Assembly (NCBI GenBank): GCA_044229975.1
Contig: JBGARZ010000028.1
Location: 33,492 to 97,491, forward strand
Direction of reading: 5' to 3'
DNA length: 64,000 nucleotides
Source: Polyangiales bacterium
Lineage (GTDB): Bacteria; Myxococcota_A; Polyangia; Polyangiales; Ga0077539
Position 1 is the first letter of the stretch, and each line of letters starts with the position of its first letter. Of this stretch, positions 9,999 through 21,739 are shown one piece after another. The position numbers and the translations under genes are program-made. The notes beneath the pieces are model-generated. The model was given only the letters and a program-made list of their open reading frames with translations. It did no database searches and was not told where the DNA came from.

Positions 9999-11339
9999 TC
10001 GACGGCGCCTCCGCCCGATCAGCAGCGCCGCGAGCAGCGCCCCCAACACTCCGCGCGTCGGTCGCGTCTCGACGCCCGCCCGGCACTGGCAGCCGCCGTC
10101 CATGTCGCCCATCGGGTCGGCGTCGCCGCCGTCGCCGCCTTCGTTGACGCCGCCGCCGAGCTCGTCGACCACGTCGTCGGTCGCCACCGCGACATCCTCG
10201 CTCCCGGCATCCGCCACGCCCGCGTCTGCCACTGCCACATCGACCGTCGGGACGTCCCTCGGCGCGACGACATCCACCGCTACACCCGCGTCGCGCGCCC
10301 TCGGATGAACGAGCACCGCGCAGCGCACGGCATCGTCGGCGGGGCCGAACCACGTCGTCCCTTCCTGCACGAGCCCGTAGGTCTCGCTGATGGTCTGGTC
10401 GGCGTCGACCTCGGGGATGCTGAGCACGAACGAGAACCGCCCTACCGCCCCCATCGCCGTGTCGCGATCGACCGCGGACGGCCGGGTGGCGCCGACCCAG
10501 TTCTCCATGTCGAAGAAGGTGCCGCGGTGGTCGCGCGGACTGGTGGTTCCGAGTCGTGTGCCGGGCGCGCTCCAGGTGGTGGTGCCGGTGTTGCGGTACT
10601 CGACGTAGGCCACGGGGCGCTCGCCCGAGCGGGCTTCGCGGGGACAGCTCACCGTCACGAGCGTCGCGGCATACGCGGGGGTGGTCGGCGGCGCGGTGCA
10701 TCCCTCACGGGCGAATCCGGCGGCGGGCGAGCGGGCGACGCGGGCGGCGGTCATCGGGCCGTAGGCGCCGTCCTCGTCGATGCGGTCGCTGGTGTTGTTG
10801 ACGTTCCAGAGGCGCTGGAAGGCGCGGACGGAGTCGGCGCGGCGGTCGGAGCCGGGGCAGTCGAAGTGGACGTCGTCGGTGCCGGGGTACGGGTGTCGGC
10901 AGCCCGCGTTGGTCATGGCGCGCAATGCGGCCGACCAGTTGGCGAGGTCGACGGCGATGCCGGTCTCGTGGTTGGAGTTGCCGGGTGTCGCGGCGAGACC
11001 GCAGGCGCCCGAGTGATAGAGCACGTACTGGTCGGCCAGCGTGCGAAACATCGAGTTGATGCGGATGGGGGTGACGGCTGCGGCGTTCCAGAGGGCGGTG
11101 CGCGCGCTGGCCTGGGCGAGCGAGAAGATGCGCGACTCGGAGAGTGTGACGCCCGCGTGCGGCGTGGCGTTGAGGAAGACGCCGGGGAACATGCAGATCT
11201 GCGTATCGACGAGCTGACGCGAGACGCCGACGACGCCGGCGGTGGAGCACTCGCGGCGGGCGGCGACAGTGGCGACGGTCTGCGCAGAAGCGAGCGGGGC
11301 CGCGGTGAGGAGAGACAGGAGGAGGGCGACCCGGCGCAT
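9987..11339 (-). CDS. Secreted peptidase M15-like/peptidoglycan-binding protein with Ig-like module and MYXO-CTERM-like tail
   Basis: INSMFRTLADQ, ATPGNSNHETGIAVD, DDVHF (M15 Zn ligands); DGAYGPMT PG-binding motif; GGCQC + TM + RRRRR. Confidence 0.75.
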   Translation of the reverse strand: MRRVALLLSLLTAAPLASAQTVATVAARRECSTAGVVGVSRQLVDTQICMFPGVFLNATPHAGVTLSESRIFSLAQASARTALWNAAAVTPIRINSMFRTLADQYVLYHSGACGLAATPGNSNHETGIAVDLANWSAALRAMTNAGCRHPYPGTDDVHFDCPGSDRRADSVRAFQRLWNVNNTSDRIDEDGAYGPMTAARVARSPAAGFAREGCTAPPTTPAYAATLVTVSCPREARSGERPVAYVEYRNTGTTTWSAPGTRLGTTSPRDHRGTFFDMENWVGATRPSAVDRDTAMGAVGRFSFVLSIPEVDADQTISETYGLVQEGTTWFGPADDAVRCAVLVHPRARDAGVAVDVVAPRDVPTVDVAVADAGVADAGSEDVAVATDDVVDELGGGVNEGGDGGDADPMGDMDGGCQCRAGVETRPTRGVLGALLAALLIGRRRRRSAR

Positions 11340-11396
11340 GGGGCGCAGGATGCCTGAGGAGCCGAAACCATGCGAGGAGGGCGCGATGGTTTCAAC

Positions 11397-11435
11397 GCCC
11401 GCCAGTCGTGGGTTTTCAACCCGCGGCAGGCGGGC
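11397..11435. repeat. REP-like palindrome / possible terminator downstream of aceA
   Basis: GCCCGCC...GTGGGTT-TTC-AACCCGC...GGCGGGC stem-loop. Confidence 0.55.
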
Positions 11436-11444
11436 ACAGTGATC

Positions 11445-12722
<1,278 letters not shown>

Positions 12723-12772
12723 CGGTGTTCCTCTTCCTTGTGGGTTATCGGTTGTGGGTTGTGGGTTGAAGG

Positions 12773-14359
<1,587 letters not shown>

Positions 14360-14363
14360 GGCG

Positions 14364-14436
14364 GTGTCAATGTCAGTCAAATCATCAACCTGCTCAATTC
14401 ACGGCTGTCAAAGCCTGTCATTGACAAGTGTTGACT
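14364..14436. promoter_or_regulatory. Divergent aceBA/regulator control region with TGTCA/TGACA motifs
   Basis: TGTCAA at 14365 and 14406, TGTCAG at 14371, palindrome TGTCA-T-TGACA at 14416-14426; locally AT-rich. Confidence 0.55.
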
Positions 14437-14453
14437 GGTAAAGACCGTCGGTC

Positions 14454-15914
14454 ATGGCCGAGCGAATTGCAGTCAAGCGTCCGGATGCGCCGCGGTTGGG
14501 GGAGAAGGTGCGGGCCCTGCGCCGCCAGAAGGAGATGTCCCAGACGCAGCTCGCCGAGCGGCTGGGCATTTCGGGTTCGTATCTCAACCTCCTCGAAGCC
14601 AACAAACGGCCGCTCTCGGCGACGCTTCTCCTCCGCGTCGCGTCCGAGCTCGGCGTCGACCTCGGAACCTTCGCCAACGAGTCCGACACCCGTGCCGAGC
14701 AGGCGCTGCGCGAGGTGTTCGGCGATCCCCTCTTCGAGCCGCACGCGTTGACCAACGCCGACGTCCGCGAGCTGGTCGAGGCGTCACCCAACGCCGCGCG
14801 GGCGGTGCTCTCGCTCTACCGCGCGTACCGCAGCGCGCGCGAGTCGACGGACACCATGGCCGCGCGCATGAGCGACGAGGAGGCCGACGTGCTCGCGCTG
14901 TCCCGCGCGCCCACCGAGGAGGTCAACGACTTCATCCAGGCGTGCAACAACCACTTCCCGACGCTGGAGGAGCGGGCCGAGCGGCTCGTGCGCGAGGAGA
15001 AGCTGGAGGGCGACGATCGCTACTGGCGCCTCGCCGATTGGCTACGACGCACGCACGGCATCGAGGTGAAGGTCGAGCGCCTCGTCGACGAGCGCGGCAC
15101 GTTGCGGCGCTACGACCGGGCCACGCGACGGCTCACGCTCTCGGAGCTCCTCCCGACCCGGAGCCGATCGTTTCAGCTCGCGCACCAGGTCGGGCTGCTC
15201 GACCAGAAGGCCGAGCTCGACCGGCTCAGCCACCACGCCATCCTCACCTCGCCGGAGTCGCGGGCGCTCGCTCGCGTGGCCCTCGCGAACTACTTCGCCT
15301 CGGCGGTGCTCATGCCCTACACGGCCTTCCTGCGCGCGGCGATGGACGAGCGCTACGACCTCGACGTGCTGGGGCGGCGCTTCCGGGTGGGCTTCGAGCA
15401 GGTCTGCCACCGCGTCACCACGCTGCGCCGCGAGAAGGCTGCCGGGGTGCCGTTCCACATGATCCGCATCGACGTCGCGGGAAACATCTCCAAGCGCTTC
15501 TCCGCCTCGGGCATCGGCTTCGCCCGCTTCTCCGGCGCCTGCCCCAAGTGGAACGTCTTCTCCGCGTTCAACACCCCCGGGATGATTCGCATCCAGGTGT
15601 CGGTGATGCCCGATGGCCACCGGTACTTCTGCCTCGCGCGCACGGTGCAGAAGGAGGCCACCGGGTACTTCAACCAGCACCCGTTGCAGGCCATCGGCAT
15701 CGGCTGCCGCATCGACCAGGCCGGGTCGCTCATCTACGCCGACGGCATCGACCTCACCAACGACCGCATCGCCATCGAGGTGGGCGTCACGTGTCGGAGC
15801 TGCGAGCGGAGCGACTGCGCCCAGCGGGCCCACCCCTCGGTGCGTCACCCGCTGAGCATCGACGAGAACCTCCGCGGCCCGACCATCTACACGTCGTCGA
15901 CGTCTCGCGGCTGA
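14454..15914 (+). CDS. ramB: RamB/ScfR short-chain fatty acyl-CoA regulator (XRE-HTH)
   Basis: HTH LAERLGISGSYLNLLE, FQLAH, ANYFA, VGFEQVCHR, AGNISKRFS, C-terminal CRSCERSDCAQRA; divergent from aceBA. Confidence 0.85.
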   Translation: MAERIAVKRPDAPRLGEKVRALRRQKEMSQTQLAERLGISGSYLNLLEANKRPLSATLLLRVASELGVDLGTFANESDTRAEQALREVFGDPLFEPHALTNADVRELVEASPNAARAVLSLYRAYRSARESTDTMAARMSDEEADVLALSRAPTEEVNDFIQACNNHFPTLEERAERLVREEKLEGDDRYWRLADWLRRTHGIEVKVERLVDERGTLRRYDRATRRLTLSELLPTRSRSFQLAHQVGLLDQKAELDRLSHHAILTSPESRALARVALANYFASAVLMPYTAFLRAAMDERYDLDVLGRRFRVGFEQVCHRVTTLRREKAAGVPFHMIRIDVAGNISKRFSASGIGFARFSGACPKWNVFSAFNTPGMIRIQVSVMPDGHRYFCLARTVQKEATGYFNQHPLQAIGIGCRIDQAGSLIYADGIDLTNDRIAIEVGVTCRSCERSDCAQRAHPSVRHPLSIDENLRGPTIYTSSTSRG

Positions 15915-15916
15915 CG

Positions 15917-16195
15917 GCGGAGGGGGCTTGGGCCCGCTGTGCGCCGGAGTTCGCGTGACCCCATCGCGAGTCCGTGCAGTCGCTCACTCCGGGCTATTTC
16001 AGGTGGTCACCTCGCTGCGCGAGGTTGCAGGGGCTTACGACCGACCACGAATGTCCAATGCGCTGTTCGTTGAAACCAGCGCTGCAACCTCGCGCAGCGA
16101 GGTGACCACCTGAAATAGCCCGGAGTGAGCGACTGCACGGACTCGCGATGGGGTCACGCGAACTCCGGCGCACAGCGGGCCCAAGCTCCCTCCGC
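15917..16195. repeat. Long inverted repeat (114-bp arms, 51-bp spacer), MITE/REPIN-like
   Basis: 15917-16030 is the reverse complement of 16082-16195 with one mismatch; fills the gap between two convergent stop codons. Confidence 0.95.
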
Positions 16196-16896
16196 TACGC
16201 GCACCCCTTCGGTCCGCAGACCTCGCCCTCGGTCGTCCCCTCTTCGGGCAGCGCCTCCCAGGCCTTGTTGAGCGCTTGCAGCAGGACGTCCGCCGGCTGC
16301 GCTCCCGACAGCCCGTACTTCTCCGCCACCACATAGAAGGGCACACCGTTGATGCCCATCTCCCGCGCCGCGCCTTCCTCCTCGCGCACCTCGCGGGTGT
16401 AGCGGTCGCTCTCCAGCATCGCCGTTGCCTCGGCCTCGGGCACGCCCACTTCGCCCGCGAGCCGCGCCAGCACCGCGCGATCGCCGATGGCCTCGCCCTC
16501 GGTCATGTAGGCGCGAAACAGCCGCTCCTTCATCGCGCCCTGAACGCCGCGCTCGGCCGCGAGGTGCAGCAATCGGTGCCCGTCGAAGGTGTTGCCCGCC
16601 TTCGCGCGATCGAAGCGCAGGTCGAGGCCGTCGCCCGCCGCGACATCCTTCGTCCGGTCGATCATGCCCTGCGCCTCGCGCTCGCTGCGGCCGTACTTCT
16701 TCGCGAGCCGCGCGGCGAAGGACACGCCGTCGTCGCGCACCGCCGGGGCCGTCGGGTCGAGCTCGAACGACCGCCACGTCACTTCCACCGCATCACGATG
16801 GGGAAAGCGTTCGAGCGCCGCTTCGAGCCGCCGCTTGCCCACGTAGCACCAGGGGCAGGCGATATCCGACCACACGTCGATGGAGAGCTTCTTCAT
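16195..16896 (-). CDS. DsbA/FrnE-family oxidoreductase
   Basis: WSDIACPWCYVG, NTFDGHRL, GVPF, SGAQP, C-terminal CGPKGC. Confidence 0.92.
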   Translation of the reverse strand: MKKLSIDVWSDIACPWCYVGKRRLEAALERFPHRDAVEVTWRSFELDPTAPAVRDDGVSFAARLAKKYGRSEREAQGMIDRTKDVAAGDGLDLRFDRAKAGNTFDGHRLLHLAAERGVQGAMKERLFRAYMTEGEAIGDRAVLARLAGEVGVPEAEATAMLESDRYTREVREEEGAAREMGINGVPFYVVAEKYGLSGAQPADVLLQALNKAWEALPEEGTTEGEVCGPKGCA

Positions 16897-17019
16897 GGGC
16901 GCAGTCGTACGGCGACGACACTCCGATGGCCAGCGCGGACAACCGACACCGCGCCGCGACCATTGGATACAACCGTCGTACAACCGCGCGCGTCGGACGG
17001 GAGCACCGTCGATGGTGCG

Positions 17020-18510
17020 ATGGAGACCACTCCCGTCCCGACCTCAGGCGACCGCGTCCGATGGTGGCTCGGTGGCGCGGCGATCGTCCTCGGGGCGCTC
17101 GCGATACGCGCCTGGAACCTCGGACGCGAGAGCTACTGGCTCGACGAGCTCTGCTCGCTGTCGACCATCCGCGGCGACTGGCACTCGCTCCTCGACGAGC
17201 TCGCCCGCAGCGACGTCCATCCGCCGCTCTACTTCGCGCTCCTCAAGCTCTGGACCCACGTCTTCGGAACCACCGAGGCCGCCGGTCGTTCGCTCTCCGT
17301 CGTCGCGGGTCTTGCCGCCGTGCTCTCCGCGGGCCGCCTCGCGCGTGAGCTCGCCGGTCGTCGCGTAGGTCTCGTCGCCATGGCCCTCGTCGCGTGCTCG
17401 CCCTTCTGCGTCTACTACGCGACCGAAGCGCGGGCCTACAGCCTGCTCCTCGCCCTCTCGCTCGAAGCCACGCTGCGCCTCGTGCGTGCAGCCCGCGACC
17501 CTCGCCCCGCAGCGCTCGCGGCCTACGCGCTCCTCGCGGTCACGCTCCCGTACACGCACGTCTTCGGGTCGTTCACGCTCGCGGCGCATGGGCTCACCGT
17601 CGTCGGCGCGGTCGTCGCTGGACGCATCCCACGTCGCACGGCGCTGCGCCTCCTCGCGGTGCTGGTGCTCGTGGGCGTGGCGTTTGCGCCGTGGGTTCCG
17701 GTGCAGCTCCGACAGATGCACCGGGTGAGTCAGGGCTTCTGGCTGCCCAGCAACGCGATGTGGTGGTGGACCACCTGGGTTCGCAGCGGCGACCTCGGAA
17801 CCGTCTGGACCCTCGGCACGGTCATCGCCGCGTCGCTCACCCTCCGCCGCTGGCTGCGCGATCGGCACGCGGGCACGGGTCTCCTCCTCACAGGTCTGCT
17901 CGTTCCGGTCGTCTTCCCGCTGGTCATCACCTACGCCGCGCAACCGGTGTTTCAGCCGAAGTACGCCATCGCCGCGACGGGTCTGCTGTTGGTGACGGCG
18001 GCCCCGACGCTCGCGCGCAACCTACCCGCAACGTTGTTGCTCTGCCTCGTCGGTGTCCTCGGCGCCGGTCGCGATCTCTACGTCACGCGCCACCGCGCCG
18101 ACTGGCGGGCGCTCGCCGCGTTTGCGCGACAGGAGTCCGTCCGCCAGGGCGCGCCGCTCGTCATGAACCGCGGCCTCAACCGACAGCTCGCGGTCTACCT
18201 CGGTCAGCACGTCGAGGTGCGCGACGTCGAGCCCGGCCGTGAGATGCGGCTGCCGCGTCGGTTCTGGCTGCTCAACGTGCACCCCGAGTGGACCGACCCG
18301 CGCCTCGCTCCATTGCTCGCCGCGCACTGGAAGCCCGTGGAGCGCAGGGCCTTCTACCGGGCCGAGGCGATTCTCTGGGAGGCCGAACGCGAGGGCGTCG
18401 ACGAGGTCGCGCTGGAGGTACACAAGCCGCCCACGCCCGAGGTCATCGCCGACGCGGGCGTCGAGACGCGCACGCCGGAGCGTTGCCCCACCTCGCCGTT
18501 GCGCCTATGA
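17020..18510 (+). CDS. GT-C (ArnT/PMT-like, GT39/83) membrane glycosyltransferase
   Basis: YWLDE, DVHPPLY, EARAYSL, multiple TM helices; start re-placed at ATG 17020. Confidence 0.82.
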   Translation: METTPVPTSGDRVRWWLGGAAIVLGALAIRAWNLGRESYWLDELCSLSTIRGDWHSLLDELARSDVHPPLYFALLKLWTHVFGTTEAAGRSLSVVAGLAAVLSAGRLARELAGRRVGLVAMALVACSPFCVYYATEARAYSLLLALSLEATLRLVRAARDPRPAALAAYALLAVTLPYTHVFGSFTLAAHGLTVVGAVVAGRIPRRTALRLLAVLVLVGVAFAPWVPVQLRQMHRVSQGFWLPSNAMWWWTTWVRSGDLGTVWTLGTVIAASLTLRRWLRDRHAGTGLLLTGLLVPVVFPLVITYAAQPVFQPKYAIAATGLLLVTAAPTLARNLPATLLLCLVGVLGAGRDLYVTRHRADWRALAAFARQESVRQGAPLVMNRGLNRQLAVYLGQHVEVRDVEPGREMRLPRRFWLLNVHPEWTDPRLAPLLAAHWKPVERRAFYRAEAILWEAEREGVDEVALEVHKPPTPEVIADAGVETRTPERCPTSPLRL

Positions 18511-18525
18511 GGAGGAACCCACTTC

Positions 18526-19815
18526 ATGCAACGACAGTCGTCTGAGCGCGCCATCGTCCTCCTCGTGGCGATGGTGCAGTTCGTCAACATCCTCGACTTC
18601 ATGATGGTGATGCCGATGGGGCCCGATTTCGCGGCGGCCCTCGGCATCCCCATCTCGCGCCTCGGCCTCATCGGCGGCAGCTACACCTTCGCCGCGATGG
18701 TCTCCGGCCTCGCCGGGTCGCTCTTCCTCGACCGCTACGGCCGCCGCAACGCCCTCCTCGTCGCCATGCTCGGCCTCTCTGTCGGAACCGCCCTCGGCGG
18801 CTTCGCAACCGGCTTCACCTCGCTGCTCGTCGCCCGCGTCCTCGCGGGTGCCTTCGGCGGTCCGGCCACCGCCGTGTCGCTCTCCATCATCGCCGACACC
18901 GTTCCGGCCGAGCGCCGCGGCAAGGCCATGGGGCTCGTGATGGGAGCGTTCTCCATGGCGTCGGTCTTCGGCGTCCCGTTGGGTCTTGAGCTCGCGCGCC
19001 GCGGCGGCTGGCGCCTGCCCTTCTTCGCCGTCGCGACGCTCGGGCTCGTCGCGTGCGCGGTCGCTTCGGCGCTGCTCCCACCGCTGCGCGGTCACCTGGA
19101 GCGAACGGTGTTCAAGGCCGACGGGCTCGCCGGTTCGTACCGCGAGTCGCCCGAGACCTCTGCCGCACCGGTCGCCCCGCCGACGACGTGGTCGCTGCTG
19201 CGGAAGCCCGCGGTGCAGCTCTCGTATCTGATGTCGGCGACGTCGATGATGGGCGGCTTCGTGCTCATCCCCAACATCTCGCCGTACCTCATCCGCAACC
19301 TGGGCTATCCCCGCGAGCACCTCGGGATGCTCTACCTCGTCGGGGGCCTGTGCTCCTTCGCGACGTTGCAGGTGGCGGGTCGCCTCGTCGACAAGCTGGG
19401 CGGGCTGAAGGTCGCGACGCCCGCGACGCTGCTCATCACCTGGGTGGTCTTCGAGGGCTTCGTGCGCGAGCGGCCGTGGATGCCCGTGATCGTGGTCTTC
19501 GTGCTGTGGATGACCGCGATGGGCTTCCGCAACGTGGGGATGCAGACCACCACGTCGAAGGTGCCGTCACCCGTCGAGCGGGCGCGCTTCATGTCGCTCC
19601 AGAGCGCGGTGCAGCACGGGTCGTCGTCGCTGGGTGCGATGCTCTCGACGGTGCTGCTCACCGAGGGCGCCGACCACCGCATGGTGGGCATGCCGCGCGT
19701 GGCCATCGTGACGGTGGCGTTGTTCGCGGCGCTGCCGCTGTTGCTGGCCGCGTTGGAGCGGGTGGTGCGACGCGAGGCGCAAGCGACCGCGCCCGTCGCG
19801 CCGCTGGTCGCGTAG
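18526..19815 (+). CDS. MFS transporter
   Basis: Motif A DRYGRR, ARVLAGAFGG, about 12 hydrophobic segments; GAGGA RBS. Confidence 0.92.
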   Translation: MQRQSSERAIVLLVAMVQFVNILDFMMVMPMGPDFAAALGIPISRLGLIGGSYTFAAMVSGLAGSLFLDRYGRRNALLVAMLGLSVGTALGGFATGFTSLLVARVLAGAFGGPATAVSLSIIADTVPAERRGKAMGLVMGAFSMASVFGVPLGLELARRGGWRLPFFAVATLGLVACAVASALLPPLRGHLERTVFKADGLAGSYRESPETSAAPVAPPTTWSLLRKPAVQLSYLMSATSMMGGFVLIPNISPYLIRNLGYPREHLGMLYLVGGLCSFATLQVAGRLVDKLGGLKVATPATLLITWVVFEGFVRERPWMPVIVVFVLWMTAMGFRNVGMQTTTSKVPSPVERARFMSLQSAVQHGSSSLGAMLSTVLLTEGADHRMVGMPRVAIVTVALFAALPLLLAALERVVRREAQATAPVAPLVA

Positions 19816-20130
19816 CCCGCCGAGCAAGCACCCGCCTACGCCCTCGGTGGACGTCCGAAGGGACGCGAGCGCTTGCGTCCGACGCAGGCATGCTCGCCAG
19901 ACTCTCCGAGGCCGCGGCGACTCGGGAGGTAAGGCGAAGGACCGGCATCCAGTCATTTCAACCACTTGAAAGATTGTTGTCGAATGTTCTTGACTCGGTT
20001 GGAGGGGGGGGGCGTACAGGCCCAAGATCGAGGGTCAGAACTCTCTTCGTACATGACGATGGTCGGGGGCGGTGCCGGGGGCATGGCATCCCCATCGGTG
20101 TTGCCCAGTCGCCTTCGTGGGAGGTCGTGA

Positions 20131-20511
20131 ATGGCATTCAATCGATTCTTTGATGAAGAGATCGGACGCGCGGCGCAACTGAGCTGTGTCAACGACGGTG
20201 CCATCGCAGACGCAAAAGCGTACGGTTTTGAACTGGACGATGAGGCCGAGGACTTCTCCGGCATCGCAGCCGGCATCTACGACGCGTTCCTCAAAGAGAT
20301 GGACGCGGGGAAGACGGTGCTCTTCCGGGTTCGGAGGGTTGCCGACGGAGAGGAACATCTGGTGACACCGACCGATACTCCGATCGTGCTTTCGATGTTT
20401 CCGGGCAGCGTCGTCGCGAGGATTCGATTCATGCCCGGCAAAAAGGTGCTGACCGCGCGGCTGCTCTCGGGCACTGGCACTCTCTATCTTGTCCCAATCG
20501 TCCCATTGTGA
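20131..20511 (+). CDS. Hypothetical small beta-rich protein
   Basis: GGGAGG RBS; ends LTARLLSGTGTLYLVP, reminiscent of small phage virion proteins. Confidence 0.7.
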   Translation: MAFNRFFDEEIGRAAQLSCVNDGAIADAKAYGFELDDEAEDFSGIAAGIYDAFLKEMDAGKTVLFRVRRVADGEEHLVTPTDTPIVLSMFPGSVVARIRFMPGKKVLTARLLSGTGTLYLVPIVPL

Positions 20512-20550
20512 ATCCAAGGCTGAGGGGCAACTGCGCACCGGAGCACAAAT

Positions 20551-20913
20551 ATGGCCACTAGCATCATTCGGGTCACCAAGGGCATCCAGCGCGTAACGTC
20601 AGACGGGCTGGTTGGCATCGATCAGGCGGTCGATGTGACGGGCTATCATACGGCCCGGCTGGCCTTGAAGATTATCGGAGTCGAAAACGCTGACTCGCCT
20701 CATCTCGTGGTCGCCATTCAGACCTCGATGACGCTGGATGACCCAGACAACGCTCCTCTCCTCGGTGGCTTCGTATTCTCCGAAGAGAAGGGGCTCGTGA
20801 TGGTGCAGACCTTCCCCGGCCTGCTCCGTTATTTGTGGTTCAACGCGTCAGAGTTCGAGGGAGAGGGCGCCGACGCCTTCTCTTTCAGCCTCGAAGGGCT
20901 CGTCTACGACTGA
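20551..20913 (+). CDS. Small putative jelly-roll protein, paralog 1
   Basis: Shares QTSM..DD, GLLRY and F.LEG motifs with the next two ORFs; GGAG RBS. Confidence 0.8.
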   Translation: MATSIIRVTKGIQRVTSDGLVGIDQAVDVTGYHTARLALKIIGVENADSPHLVVAIQTSMTLDDPDNAPLLGGFVFSEEKGLVMVQTFPGLLRYLWFNASEFEGEGADAFSFSLEGLVYD

Positions 20914-20997
20914 CCGGCCGGCGACATCGGATTCCCCCAATGCCGACGGTCTCGAAGGCGTCGGCCCAACGTCAACAGAAAGCGAAGGAGCAAGACC

Positions 20998-21360
20998 ATG
21001 GCTGGACAACCCATCAACATCACCCGCGGTTCGACCACCCTTTCGGCGACAGCGTCGCAGTCCGCCAAAGAGGCCATCGACCTTCAGGGCACTAGCGGGC
21101 TCCGCTTCGACTTCGCCCTACGGGGTTACTTCATCAGCGGTTCGGGGGCGAGTGTCACGGTGAAGGTGCAGACCTCGATGTTCAACGATGACAATCCCGG
21201 AAATTGGGTTGACCTGGCGACCTTTGGCGCGGTGACAGGCTCCAACGTCACGGAGGTCAGCAGCGTTGACTCCGGGGTGCTGCGGTACCTCCGCTACGTC
21301 GCCACGCTCAATGCCAACACCACGAGCTTCACCTTCGAAGTTCAGGGCATGGCCTGGTAG
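20998..21360 (+). CDS. Small putative jelly-roll protein, paralog 2
   Basis: VTVKVQTSMFNDD..WVDLATF..GVLRYLRY..FTFEVQG; AAGGAG RBS. Confidence 0.85.
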   Translation: MAGQPINITRGSTTLSATASQSAKEAIDLQGTSGLRFDFALRGYFISGSGASVTVKVQTSMFNDDNPGNWVDLATFGAVTGSNVTEVSSVDSGVLRYLRYVATLNANTTSFTFEVQGMAW

Positions 21361-21366
21361 GCTGTC

Positions 21367-21714
21367 ATGGAGGCCGTCATCCGCTTCACGGAGAAGCCGC
21401 AGTGGGTGACGGCCACGGGGCCGTCGTCCTCGTGGGACGTGATGAGCTTCGTGAACTTCCGCGGGCTCGAGCTGTCGCTGCGGCTCGTCGGGTTTGAAGG
21501 CGCGAGCGATCCGGTGCTACAGGTCGCCATGGAGACCGGGATGAGGTTCGACGAAGACTTCGCGCCGCTCGGGCGCTTTCTCCCGCTGGTGATGCCGGGG
21601 GAGGTCTGCACCCGTCGCTTCGAGGGCCTGCTCCGCTTCGCCCGTTGGAACGTGGTGCAGCTCGCTGGAGCGACCGCGGCGTGCTTCGTCCTCGAAGGCA
21701 AGGCGCTGCCCTGA
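21367..21714 (+). CDS. Small putative jelly-roll protein, paralog 3
   Basis: VAMETGMRFDED..GRF..FEGLLRFARW..FVLEG. Confidence 0.8.
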   Translation: MEAVIRFTEKPQWVTATGPSSSWDVMSFVNFRGLELSLRLVGFEGASDPVLQVAMETGMRFDEDFAPLGRFLPLVMPGEVCTRRFEGLLRFARWNVVQLAGATAACFVLEGKALP

Positions 21715-21739
21715 CGGGCTGGTCGCAGGGAGGTCGTCG

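Noticed and set aside
15928..16346. Small ORFs across the long inverted repeat
   Set aside because: They mirror each other because of the palindrome and have no RBS or family motif.
16276..17019. N-terminal 248 codons of the 744-aa ORF
   Set aside because: Overlaps the DsbA gene in antisense; GT-C features start after ATG 17020.
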